The translations under genes were made by a program, and so were the position numbers. The notes under the pieces were generated by a model, which saw nothing but the letters and a program-made list of their open reading frames with translations, was not told the origin of the DNA and searched no databases. This document shows, one piece after another, positions 1 through 12,899 of a DNA stretch of 63,700 bases. Source of the stretch: Paraspadella gotoi (lineage: Eukaryota; Animalia; Chaetognatha). Each line of letters begins with the position of its first letter. Within the stretch, counting starts at the first letter, position 1. The stretch covers positions 19,395,942-19,459,641 of the forward strand of contig CM119265.1 in NCBI GenBank assembly GCA_051294375.1, given 5' to 3'.

Positions 1-578
1 CTCCCTCCCCCCTTTATTTCCATGCCTCCCTTTCCTCCTAATGCTTCTCCGACTCGATACTCTCACAAAGAAATCTCATTAAACGACGCTTTTACAGGTG
101 AACGGGGGAGGAGACGAACGCGTATTAGGAATTAGTTGAGGTCGAAATGAGTCGAAAGGTCGTCTCTTCTTTCCTCTCGTTCGTCGCCGTTGTTGTCGTT
201 GTTGTCGTTGTTGTAGTCGGGGCCTCAGCTCATTCTCTCAAGACGCCTTAGATTAGACGATTTTCGGTCGTCCATCACCGGAGAGAAGATGAGGAAATTT
301 ATGAAAAACTCGAGACTGGTCCTTTAGTCTGGAAATAGCTTTAATTAAATGCGGGGTTTAATATATCCTAAGCAGCTTTTTTTTCCGCTTTTTGAATGTT
401 TCTGGAAAGAACGGTAATCGATATTTATTACAATCATTTATCTTTATCTTCATATTCTCTGGCTATATTTTAACTAAATATTTTGCTCCTACGTTTCTAC
501 GATGTAAAATCCATTTGCGATCGATGTGAACGAACATAACGTGGATTTATGAAAGAATCAATCAAATTAAAGCTCGCT

Positions 579-596
579 GTCTCTCTCTCTCTTTCT

Positions 597-687
<91 letters not shown>

Positions 688-694
688 TCTCTCT
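579..694. repeat. (CT)n microsatellite
   Basis: Near-pure CT dinucleotide run; it explains the S/L-rich ORF 549..776. Confidence 0.95.
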
Positions 695-2683
695 CCTTCG
701 TAACACTCTTTTATCGGTCACTCACCCTAGAGCCTTTCAACTCAATCACTCTTTCCCCAAAATCAGAAAAGTGTAAAACGAGATTTTCCCGCCATTTATC
801 CCCGATTCGTCACGACCAAATTCTAAAGTCCTCGACTCTAGTGACCCTTTGGTTCCGATAGCTTTTCAATGTCATCTCCCAATTTAAACTCATCATTGTA
901 GAAGACATCCTTTGTCTCCCGACCTCCCGCTGCCTTTCCTCGTCCTTTAATGGTTGGATTTACCTTACCTTCTCTCACCTTCACCGTTTAAATCTTTTTC
1001 GACTGCATTCTCTTGTCCACAACCTGACTTTATCCCTCGACCGCCCCAAACTGTCCTCTTCCCAAGCCAGACTGTTTTTTCTCCTTTTCGCTCGAATGAA
1101 ACGAAAGGAACCCGCGTTTCTTCTTCGTCCACTTTTCGTGCCAACGATAAATTTTTTTGAGAGTCCCACCCATTAACTTCATCTCTTGCCCCTCTCCCCT
1201 CCCTATATTTTCGGCGTTTCAGTCAATCGGAAGCTCTTCTCTCACGCCAACGACCAATAAGCTTCGAAAGAGGCCCGATTTTTTTTTTCTCTCTCTCGGC
1301 TTTTTTTTTTTTCTGATTAGAGACTTTAGAGAGGTCCGGGTTAAAAAGCCTCTGTCCATATGTTGAACGAGGAAAAGGAAAAAAAATCAAGCGAACTTAG
1401 CCGTTTTGATTATTTCCTGACGAAATGGCTGAAACATTTTCCCCGGTGCCAAGAACTCTAAATCTAAATCTTTTAAATCTAAGGAGTTAACGAAAAGGCA
1501 CGTCCATCGCTTCCAATCTTCTGAAAATCATTTTATTCGTTTCATCTCGAGTTTCCAAATGATATTTTCGGCGATGGATGATTTTTCTGCTCCGTCGGCG
1601 CGAGGAACCGTATAATAATAAATATCCCCGTCTGCTCCTGACGCGTTAGACAATGTGGAAACGCCGAAATAAATGTTTATAAAGATTGTAATAAACAAAA
1701 ACCTTTGTTACCTAACGAAATGATTTGTTAACGTTCCATTCCATTGTCTTGGTTTCAATTATGACCCGCACTCCACGGAAAATCTGGGACGGTCAAGCCG
1801 AGTCATCATAGAAAGTGAGAGAGAAAGTCATGACCAAATTTATACCTAACGTCATCGCGCGACTCGTGGCAAGAGTCATATTCTGAGTCACCGCCAGAGT
1901 CATACTGAAAGTTCTTGAGCGAGTCGGAGTGTCTCCTCCAGACTTTCACGAGAATAATAGTTCGGCAAATACGGTTCCACTTTAGGGAAAAAATCGTTTT
2001 TCCTCTTCCATCTTTTCATTTTCTTTGCGGAAGAAAAAAATGAAGGGGGGAGCTAAAGAATTAGGAAGACGCCGCCCGGCTTTTCCTTGTGCCCCACCTC
2101 CAGACCCATTTTCCTTTCGCCCCTCCTCTGCACTCTCGCTAGAGCAGCTTGTGACTCTGTCGCACCCCGAAGTTCGATCCTTTGATCAATTCTCAAGCAC
2201 CATATCAAACGTTCTCGTTTCATTCCTTTGGGTCTATCTCTATTTTTTCGATTCCATGCTCTCTGCTTGCTATACCGCTCTTTAATTTTGCTCCGCTCCC
2301 GTCTCCCTCGTGATTGCGCTCTCGCTAGGGCACCCAGTCTGATCCAAGGATTTATTACAAACATTTATTCGATATATCATTGATTTGCCATGGATTTATC
2401 TCTACGAAAATACAAATTATTTACAATTTATTCTTCATTTTTCGACGTTTTCTTTACCCTTCGATATTTAGTAAGACACTACGAAATCCTTGCTGTTTGT
2501 CAAAATCTGTTCATCCGACGGCCGACGCCTCGAACGCGCGACCCCGCAGGCATAGAAAATACAAAAGATTTTCTACACAGTCTATTTGCTTCTTTCCTTC
2601 CTTCCCACTCCTAAGACTCGCAAGATCGCTCTCTCTATTCAATCCATTTCCCTCAACCCCCACAGTCCTCACCCTCGATAGAG

Positions 2684-2714
<31 letters not shown>

Positions 2715-3266
2715 CTCCATTTCCTCGTTGAAATTAAAATTCGTCTAATCTTCCTTCTCTTCTTTTCCTCGTTTGTTATCCTCTCAATTATTTTGCAAGA
2801 GAGAAATTAATATTAAAAAAATGTGATAATTATGATAGCAACTATGTACGTATGTAGGAATAGGATATCAATATCCATTCTAACTTTTTCCATTAAAAGA
2901 TATTATTAAAAATACCTATGCCATTTGAGATCAAAATCCGTAAATTTTAAAAAATAAATTCGTTTTTAAAAAAATCTTGATTGCGCTCGCCGAGGGGAAG
3001 GTCGTGTCGTTGTTATTGTCGTTGTTGTCACAGTCGTTGATGTGCCTGTACTTTTTAATGTATTCTGTCTCCGACTTTTTATCGAGCCAGGACCGGGTTC
3101 CTTCTTTGTTTTCATATTCGCCTCACTTTCTTACTTTTCAACGTCGTCGTTGTCGTCTTCCTCGTAAAAGTAATGGTCATCGAATGGCCAGACTCGTAAT
3201 TCGAATTAATCTCCCTCGAAAATTTAATTAACGATCGGCCCGCCACCCGGGTTTATTAACACTGTA

Positions 3267-3271
3267 TCTCT

Positions 3272-3345
<74 letters not shown>

Positions 3346-3351
3346 CTTCTC
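3267..3351. repeat. (CT)n microsatellite
   Basis: CT run visible in the sequence. Confidence 0.95.
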
Positions 3352-3586
3352 TGAGTTTCGTCCCCGCACGTTGAAAACCGACAAATCTCTTCTTTTAACC
3401 AAATCGTCTTCAACGTCCTTCCCGAAAGAAATCCCGAGAATCTCTTCCGCTCGAAATAATCCAGAGTCGTAGAGTCTGAGAGGTTTTCTACCTTCTTTCT
3501 GCCCGATAAATCTGGATGGTGGGCAATTTGGCCCTAAAACGATTTAATTTTAAGGGGAGAATGTCTTCAAAGTTAGTTTTTTTTAT

Positions 3587-3788
3587 GGAAGACGATGCCG
3601 CGAGCATTCACCGTCCGTTGCACACAAGGTCCCGAACTTCGAATCGGGCTGTAGTCCGTCACTACAGGTGGGTTAAACGCCCCGTCGCGCTTTCTTGTGT
3701 GAATCAGCAGTTCGCGAACTCGAGTACTTTGGGTTGGGAGGAGCTCGTACTACCTCTGGCGTCGGACGAGTAACGGGGTATGAAATAC
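3587..3788 (-). mobile_element. tRNA-derived SINE-like repeat, family A (degenerate copy)
   Basis: About 200 bp clearly similar to 63101-63313 (shared TTCACCGTCCGTTGCACAC, CTGTAGTCCGTCACTACAGGT, GAGGAGCTCGT..CTACCTC). Confidence 0.7.
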
Positions 3789-4256
3789 TACCGCTACAAA
3801 ATTAAACTTTTTAACGAGGATTAATGATGCAATTTTCCTCTAAAATTGAAATCGAGAGGGGGCTGAAAATCTTCAGCATTGGGAAATATAAATAAAAGTG
3901 AGCTAAGCGATGGAGTAGGTCCCTTTGTTATGAAAGATGGAACTAGAACTCAAGCAAAGCCAACAAATTAAATTTATTTCCTTTGAAGTTAAAATCTGAT
4001 TTTATTTCACCGTATACCTTTTCCCCGTCATCTATCTCTCAGCGTTCTATCTCTTGGTTTGTTTTTTTTTTGTTTTGTTTTCTATTTGATTTTTGACTTT
4101 GCAAATTTTTTAGATTTTTCATTCTGACACGCGACGAGATAAAAGAGGGAGAGTTATCATGGGAAGAGAGAGAGAGAGGTGACGTGGAGAGAGAGAAAGA
4201 GGAAAAAAGGGAGAGAAAGAAAGAAGAAAAAAAGGAGAGAAAGAAAGAGGAAAAAA

Positions 4257-4258
<2 letters not shown>

Positions 4259-4321
<63 letters not shown>
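4259..4321. repeat. (GA)n microsatellite
   Basis: Pure GA run. Confidence 0.95.
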
Positions 4322-4323
<2 letters not shown>

Positions 4324-4666
4324 TAAAGTTAAAGATAGAGCGATATAGATAAAATGAGAGATACCGGATTCTACCCGGCGTAGTCCTAGAACGGAAATAC
4401 CTTACTTCCCCGCCACACTTCCTTGCCCGCCCCCTCTTCTCCGATACACTTCTCTGTCTTCTCGCTCATCCCGACCCCGGTTTTATGGCACGACATTCAA
4501 ATACAGTTTTTATGGTCGTCTAATGACCATGGCACGCCAAACCTTGGCGCGCCGAGCGATGGCACGCCACGCACGATCGTCTACGAAGGCGCCTTTCGAA
4601 TCGTTCTATGAATTTTAAATTCAAACCCATAGTGGTAATAACCTTTCTTTTTTCGTTGTTATATGT

Positions 4667-4856
4667 ATTGGGGCAAAATGATTTTGTTTCACAACGAATT
4701 TTATTTTATCATATAAACGTACATGTTTCGGCTTTGGATGCAAGCCTTCTTCAGCGTCAATGATTTGACTGAAGAAGGCTTGCATCCAAAGCCGAAACAT
4801 GTACGTTTATATGATAAAATAAAATTCGTTGTGAAACAAAATCATTTTGCCCCAAT
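4667..4856. repeat. Perfect 88-bp inverted repeat (14-nt spacer) carrying a minimal hammerhead ribozyme motif in each arm
   Basis: 4667-4754 is the exact reverse complement of 4769-4856; each arm contains CTGAAGA-A-GGCTT..AAGCC-GAAACATGTA followed by AATAAA. Confidence 0.9.
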
Positions 4857-6707
4857 TCAAACCCAAAAAATTTAATAAATAAAAAACATTTTGCGAATGT
4901 CTATACAACAAAATGATAATCGGATGAAATGGAATGTGGTAGAAGTAGATGTTGGATAGAACTTCGAAGTTATGTTTTTCGTTTTCAATTTGTTTTTGTC
5001 GGTATGTATGCGAAAAAAAATATAACCCAAGATCCAAGCCTTAAATCAGTGCAATTAGTGCAAACTACAGAGTTCACACTGCACGCATGGATTTTAAAAC
5101 GTTTCAGTTGCACTTGTTAAGGCGAATGTTCTGTGGACCGTAAAAATAACAAGATACAATTCATTATCATGGTATTTGTTTATTGTGTCGACAATTTAAT
5201 TATTAGCTGATTTTAATATATTTTATACTATTTTAAGCATTCAAAATATTTCGCTTGCTTCACACTGAATTATTCTCTCGATCTAAAAAAAACAACTTTT
5301 GTTGAGATGTTGTTTGCGAGAATTTGAGGTTCCTCGTAAAATATCTTCTTTTCAAGAAGAATAAAGTTGGACGGAATTGGGATGGAAGAACTGGGACGGG
5401 ACATAAAAAAGGGAGCGTTGAAACTCCATAGAGAAAAAAAAGAGTCGGAAAACGAATAGCGCCTTGCGTCCAAATCGAAACTGATCTAAGAAATCCTGAT
5501 ATCTAAATTTACAAAATGCTGTTCGAATTCAACACCCTCGAGCGCCGCGAGATGGCGCCGTACGCCACGCTGCGCCACCGTCGTCGCGCTAAAAGCGAAC
5601 CGCGAATTTCAAGACTCGGCGGCGAGGACGACGACGCCGAGAGGAATCGACGCCGGAACCAGCGGCACAACCCCACCGCGTAAGTTGACTAAGATTCTGT
5701 ATTCTTTAATGGTTAGTCTAATAAGTAGGTTAGTCTAATAAGTAGGTTCCAATAATTTTTTTTTTAAATAAAATTTTTCAGCTTCATGGAAATAAATACT
5801 TTTTAATACTAACGTTACTAAGGAAAAAGTAAGAGAAAAAAAAATAAAAAAAGGGATGAGCGAAAATTCTTAATAAAACAAAGAACGAAATGATATATGA
5901 GTTTTTGTGCTTATCGCTAGCTTTCACTTCTACTATCATAAGTCTTTTTAGTTATAATAAACCATCTGGACTTCCAAATCCACAATCTCCTTCCTCTTTC
6001 ATAAATTTATTTAATTGAAAAGATGAGTGTCGTAAATTAATGACGGGTTTGTTGGAGTACGCCAGACTTGAAAAAACTTTTTTAATTATTAGTATTTATC
6101 AAACCAAAAGATGGTTTCGAATTTTTCCCGAAGATTCTTTTCTCATTAAAATCTGATAACACTAAAAATAAAATAAAAACTTTATTAAATGCCTTTTACG
6201 TATTGATGAATATTTATTTTATGAAAAAATTTATGAAAAAAAATTTAAAAGAAAGTTGCGCCATGCTAATTTTTAAGTTTCCGGTTCATTTAAAAAGATA
6301 ATTGGAGTCGAAAACGAAGACGAAGCGAGTCTCTTTTGCGTCACAACCCGGGAGACACAAATCCTAATTCAATTTCTGACGTTTTTTCTTTCTAAAAATA
6401 AAAAGTTTAAAATTCACGCAGATTTGCGTTCCGAGCGTGCAACGTTACTTAAAAATTAATGAATTTGGTTCTTTAAACGATTCTCCGATCTCCATCTTCC
6501 CTAAAATTGTTTAACCCTACTCCCCACTCTCCCCATCAACCCAGATACCCTGTTCTCACTTATGTCCGCGACTCGAAACCCTCGGGTCGATCGGCCCCGT
6601 CCGCGGCGAGAGCCGCTCGCCCCGTCACGAAAGACGATCTCAGGTTAGAGAAATGCGTCGACGAACGAGTTGACATTTGGGGACGCGACTCCATCACCGT
6701 CGACGAG

Positions 6708-9294
6708 ATGCTGGAGGACATTCTGGACTTTTCCCCGGGTGGCGGAGACAGACGAAGCGGAGGCGTCAAAAATCGGTCGCTCCCGAGATCGAAATCGTTT
6801 CGAGAAGCGTTGGCGGTCTTTGGAGGCGGCGGCGGAGCAGTCGACGGCGGAGATCTGACCAGAACGTTTGACGTCTCCGACGATGACGCCGACATCGTTT
6901 ATTCTGGACGACCGAGCAACACGACATTGTCCAAGTCAACGACAGAGGATTTGACGCGATACTCTCATTCGCGACGAATCGTCGCCGACGCCGCTGTCCG
7001 CCCGTCTTCTTTCCGCTCCGCCCTCAAACCGGCGTCGGTCTGGCGTCGTATCGATGCCGGCGACAGCTCCCTCGATGTTCCTAAACCGGCGCCGAGAAAA
7101 AACTCACCAACATCGCCGAGAAACTCCCGGCGCGATGACCGGATGGATCGCAATCTCGTGCGCGCGCGCGCCAGCGCCCTCGCCGTCGGCGAAAAGGGCG
7201 CCGGTGACGCCACGCATATCGGAGCTCGTCGCGCTCCGGGTCGACGCCGTTTCGATAAAGACGGCGTTGTCGAATCCGCCACAGCGTCTCGCTTCCGCCT
7301 GCCCACAGATGTCGCCGCTCTCGGACTACGCCTGAGCGATCTTAACGAACCTCTCCCGCCGCCACCACCGTTTGTGCCGATCCCGCGGGACGAGGGCTCT
7401 GTGGAGGATGACGAGGCGCTGCAAGCTCCGCCGCCGTTGCCCGTTATCAATAGAAAGGAGGAGAGGTCGCCGAGGGACGGGATTTTTCGCGCTCGAGCCT
7501 GGACGCTGGAGACGCCCGCCGACGACGATGACGGCGATTTAGCGAAGCTTATGGGCCTCGATGACGACAACGGGGTCGACGTTCACCAAGAGGTCGACGG
7601 CTTCGTTTCGCGACCGTCCCTTCCCGATTCTTCGCCAGAGGACCCCACTATTGTTCGATGCCGTAACCCACCCTGCAGCAGAGTTTACGAGGGGGGCAGC
7701 ACAGCCGCCAGCAAAGCAAAGCAGTGCCGACACTGCACGGCGTTCTACTGCTCTCGAGAGTGTCGTCGACGCCACTGGGACGTACACAAGACGAGGTGAA
7801 TCTTTTTCCAGGCTTAGAATCCGCCAAAATGATCAGGAGTCCGACTTTGAAATCGTCAATGTCTTTCAGATGCGTCCACGGTAGCGTCGTCGGCGCCTGC
7901 AAGAACATCCTCATGTTGGCAAAGGGTAACGATGATCTCAACCACAATTTGTCGCGGATCGCGCGGACGGGCTATTTGACGCAGGGCCGAGGGTAAGCTC
8001 GACGAATTATTTGTAGATTTTGGTTGTTATGTCGACCAGTTTTAAGATATTGGAATACTAGTTTGTTTTTTACTTAGCAAGTATTGATTTCAATTTTTTT
8101 CGTTATTAATAGTAGCAATCAGAAAATATCTTCTTTTATCTTCTCAGCTGCGTGATGCTTCTCTTTGCCGACCTGGAATCGGCCGACAACTACCAGCGTG
8201 GTGAACTGAGAGACGGCCGAACCCGGGCCGCCTACGTCACACTGAGGGCGTTGGAAAGCACGGACGGGTTGGGCGAGGACGACAGAGCTGAACTCAAATC
8301 GCTATGCAAGGTCAGTTTTTTGGGCTATTGGTAAAGTTCTTCCATTTAATACAATTGCTGTCTTCAGCAGGACTACCACCCGGAACACAAATTCGTGCTC
8401 ACAGTGGGCGTGGCAACGGGCAGAAACGTCATTGGGTCAACATCGGCCACGAGAGGCCCCCTGCCTAAAAGCCCCACCGGGATAGTACAGCGCTGCGGAA
8501 AGGTTTGGTTAATTTAATATATTAATATTTTAATAATAAATCTTTGGTTTTACTTAATTTTTAAAACCATTTAAGGTAAGGCTGAGTTACCACGGCATCG
8601 AAGACGATTGGGACTTGAATGGCGGGGAACAAGTAGTTAGGAGAGGAGGGGGCGGAGGAGAAGGGACGTTGAGAAGGGGCACCTGGCGGCGTCGAACCCT
8701 CGACCGTCGCTCCGACAGCCTCAGACGCGCCCAATCTGCTCAATCCGCCCTCGCCGTCAATCACGACGGTCCAGGGGACGACGACGACAACGCTACCCTC
8801 ATTCTGACCGCCGTTCCGCGAGGCGCCTTCGACAACGAGCCGGTCTCGGACCGCAAGTGGCGCGAGATCACCTTCGTCAACATTCAAAAAAAATTGCAGG
8901 AAAGAGGCGTCAGTCTGGCGCGACACTTCCCGGCCATTTACCGGCGACTCTGCGACTGGGTCGACCGAAATCAGGCCTTCGTGCCTGCAACGATCTTTCC
9001 TGTCGACGCCAGGTGAACTTGATTTTAAAGTAACAAATTTGATATTAATATTACGATTTACTATGTAAGCAATGTTAGGGATTCTGTTTGGCTGAAATTT
9101 TTTCTTCAACTAGTACTACTAAAAATATTGAAATATATTTCTTCAAAAACATTGGATGAATTAAATTTCTTTGGTTCTTTTGCAGGACAAACAAGATGTT
9201 CATGTGTCTCATCATGCCGGATTCCGAACCAGAAACGCTTTGGACCCATGACAAGCATCTGTTTCAGGATCTGGACCTGGCTGTTTCTGATTAA
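6708..9294 (+). CDS. AJM1: Apical junction component 1 homolog (MYND-type zinc finger), spliced; start codon uncertain
   Basis: Exons ~6708-7795, 7870-7992, 8148-8310, 8371-8502, 8576-9012, 9186-9294 join in frame. Motifs [60 protein letters not shown] and MFMCLIMPDSEP are typical of AJM1/C9orf172. Confidence 0.8.
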
Positions 9295-12200
9295 AAATGA
9301 CTGAAAGATTAATAGCCGGATTTGCCATTCTTGATTATCATTAGGATCATTAATCATAGGAAAAGTATAAACGAGGTTTGTTTGGCCTTGGCCCTTAAAT
9401 TCTAGGAAGATATTATTTGAAAATTTTTTTCATGATCTGGTTATTACTAATTCCGTTTGTCACTAATTTATTAATTTTATTTATTTTAATTTATATAGAA
9501 TATTTAATCGTTTTATTTTTGTTTTATATATTTTAGTTTCAAAGAATTGTACCGGAATAACTTTGTGTTATAAATGACAAAATGATGTCAATTAAAATAT
9601 TTTGCATAGTTAAAATTAATTCACGGCCTAAAAAATTATCCGTGATTTAATGATGAATCATGAATCATAAAACTTGTTTTACTTTCGCTCTCTTTGCAAC
9701 TTGGCTTCTATGCTTCCATGCTTTGCATAAATTGCACAGATTCTGGATCTGGATTCAGATTCTCCACAGAGGATCATGATGCATTTCTTAATTATGTAAA
9801 GAGAGGGTTTTCCTTACAGCGCCCTCATATGATTTACCACATTCTTATGTTTCGCTAATCATTTCATTAATAAGATTTTTTTGCCTTTATGTATCTTGCG
9901 GTTTTAATCTTAAAAACAAAAGAATTAGCATAGCTATATAGTTTCGGGTTTTCATAGTTTTGTTCGTTTATTACTGCTATATACATTCAGTTAACACGAT
10001 CAAAAATAAGATATTTTCTTCAATTAATTGTTTATTTTTATATTAATGAGAATTACGAATGAATAAAGAATTATTAAAGTATTTTAATAATCATAATGAA
10101 ATTTATCAACCATGACTTGAAATATTCGTAACGGAAAACGTTCTGAAGTTCTAACAATCATTTCTCGGAAACAAATAAAAAAAGGCATTTTGTTAAAAGC
10201 CGCCCTGAATAACCCCCAAAAAATCGTTTATATTTACCACTTGAAACCACCACATTCCTCCGTCTGCCTTTCGTCTGGCTTTAGTTTTCAATATCCACCC
10301 CAACGGCGATTTCTTGCAACTATTGTTTGGCTGGGTCGCCAAGTTCACGCAATAAATTAACAAGAACATTTTTTTTTATTTTCAACTCAACAGGCTTTGC
10401 ATCTGATTATTCACTCGGCGGCTAAAATAAATCTTGAGGAAAACACTTCCGATCCGAGCCGCTTTTCTTTTTCTTTTGATCTTGTTAGTTGTTTGTAGTT
10501 TTGCCTCCCAACTTACCCCCCTTCGAAGTCGAAATAAAAAAAATATTTTTTTACTTTTTCAAAGAATAAATTATAATTGAACATATACCTCATCACTTTC
10601 CATAACAATTTTATCAAATTCATAAAGTGATGAACATTTAACATATGTTATTAATATTGATTGCCGATTTATTCAATTTCAAAAATATTGATTCGGGAGC
10701 CCTTAAATCATTACTATTGGACCCAGTTCTTCCCCTCTTCATCCCTTTCGTGACCCGCGAATATGTCGGCCGATTGAAGGACAACGAGTAAACATTGCCC
10801 CGAAAAACGATATGTGGCTGATTCACGTTCCGACTTGGCGTTATTGCCACCTCTCTAACAATTTTGTCAATATCGCCAACGATGGTCCCCACTTGGTGGG
10901 ACCAGTGGTTCTGGGAGATTTTTCGGTCAGTTTCCTTCGTATCAGGCGGTAGGCGTGCTACCCGCCTGTCCTTCTTTTGCAAGAACCGTTCCGACTAAGG
11001 CTAACACCCGGAACTATTGAGCTTTTCACTTTTGACTTTTTAACAATGAACATTGAAGATGCTTATTAACTTTGAGTTAGGAATAATCAGTAAACTTTAT
11101 AAAACAACTCGTTCCACGATTACCTTATTATGTTTATACAATATACAGCCTCTCAAGAAATCTATTACGTGAAAAACATGTGCACTCACCATTTGTACGA
11201 GAAAGACTTCCTTTTCGCCGATGGGTCTTTAAAAAACGGTTTTTGTCCCTTCTTTTTTTCTCACTCGAGAGTCTAGGTCTATTTTTTAATGGTTTATTGT
11301 TTTTTCTCTTTTTTTTTTATTCTCTTTTTATTTTTATTTTTTTTTTTTTTCAAATTTCAGTTTTTTTTTTGCCCCAGAAGCTGAAAACGCGGAAAAGAAA
11401 AACGCGTATAGAAAGAAGAGGAGGAGGATGAGCGGACGGGAAAGCGCCGACAGCACGGAAATCGCGCCACCGGAAACGTGAGCGCCAAAGGGTGGGGGGA
11501 GCGCTTAAAAGGCGCGCGCGCGACTATTCAAGATGGGAAGAGGGTGGAGCGAGTGAAGAAGAGAGAGAGGGATGGAGGGGGAGAGAGAGAGAAAGAAAGA
11601 AACCCAAAATACTTATAAGTGTAAGTTAAATACGAAAGGTGATGTTTTTGAAATTAGCTTTTTTTTATATTGCTAAATTAAGTTTTTTAAATAAAATTTG
11701 AACATTATCAAATTTATGCCTTCTTTGAATTTTAAATTTGATGCAACACATCCAGGAAAATATGATAATTTTTGTATCATTGATTAGATTGAATATGTTA
11801 ATAGATGCCTTGTCAAAGCAATAAATTCTTAAACCGATTTCGCCTTGCGAGTGTTCCTTTAAAGGATACCCAGAGCAGAGAGATCGCCGATGTTTTAATT
11901 ATGATATATTAAGGCATATAGCTCAGTACAGTACAGTACAGTAGGCAGCATTTAATGCAATTAATTTGCGCTGTAAATACTAGTTATTTTAAGGAAAATG
12001 AGAATTAGAAAGAAAAAAAATCCGGTTTTTTTAAGACTTCGGCCAATGACCACCACTCTTTACTCAGACCCCAACACATTTGCTAAAACCTCCTCTGTAC
12101 TATTTTGATTAGTATCCAGTAAATAGGAAGTAGAGGCTCTGAAATTCAGGCTGAAATGGTCGATAATCGACCTCGAGTTTTTGCTCTTCTGTTTCTTGCT

Positions 12201-12494
12201 TTATATTCGAACAAAATAGCAGTGTTTTCAGGAAAGTGTAAAAGACAGTAAGTATTAGGTACTGTAATTAAGAAAATGTATATGAAAAATAATCAGTCTT
12301 GGCTTTTGTTACAACCAATATAAAAATTATCCATTCATTTAACAAATATTTTACTACATTAATGACATCTCGAGGCTGATATAATAGGAAAAAACTCGTC
12401 GAGCGCGTATTCCGTTCTCTCCATCAGGATTGGTTGGTAGATTCTGGTCTCCTATATTCTGATTGGTCGGATTATTCAAAATACTTCGCATTGC

Positions 12495-12508
12495 GTATCC
12501 ATAGAAAC
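12495..12508 (+). promoter_or_regulatory. RFX X-box upstream of CFAP43, with nearby inverted CCAAT boxes (ATTGG ~12428, ~12462)
   Basis: GTATCCATAGAAAC fits the X-box consensus GTHNYY-AT-RRNAAC and lies ~400 bp upstream of a ciliary gene ATG. Confidence 0.7.
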
Positions 12509-12899
12509 AGTGTAAAGTATTGATCTCTTAATTTTCTACGGCATCGAACTTTTCTTGTTCGCCTATAATTTTGCAACTTACCCTTATTTTCGTAAATTAA
12601 TTATGAATAAATAATGAGACACATTTGTTTTATTCTCATTCTGGAAGCTTTTGCGCAATTGTTCTCGTCAAGTCTACTGTTTAACGATTAATTTTTAAAA
12701 AATCCGTTATAATTTTTTTCAGGTGTACAACAGTGTTATAGGCTTACCTACCTCTTCGTCATGAAACCCAACGAAATTACCAAGATCCAAGAATCTGCAC
12801 ATAATCACAGCGTCAAACAGCACAAAATAAATCGACGTAGCCATGTCACGTATTGAAAAGTGAATACCTTAATACCACGTTCCGTAATCAATTCCCAAC

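Noticed and set aside
549-4611. Short ORFs in the first 4.6 kb (SLSL.., RERE..)
   Set aside because: Products of CT/GA microsatellites and low-complexity DNA; no recognisable domains or consistent exon chain
5711-5746. 17-bp tandem duplication GGTTAGTCTAATAAGTA
   Set aside because: Ordinary slippage duplication in a probable UTR intron
10638-10982. 114-aa minus-strand ORF
   Set aside because: TTG start, upstream in-frame stop, no recognisable motif; not joinable to the upstream donor in frame
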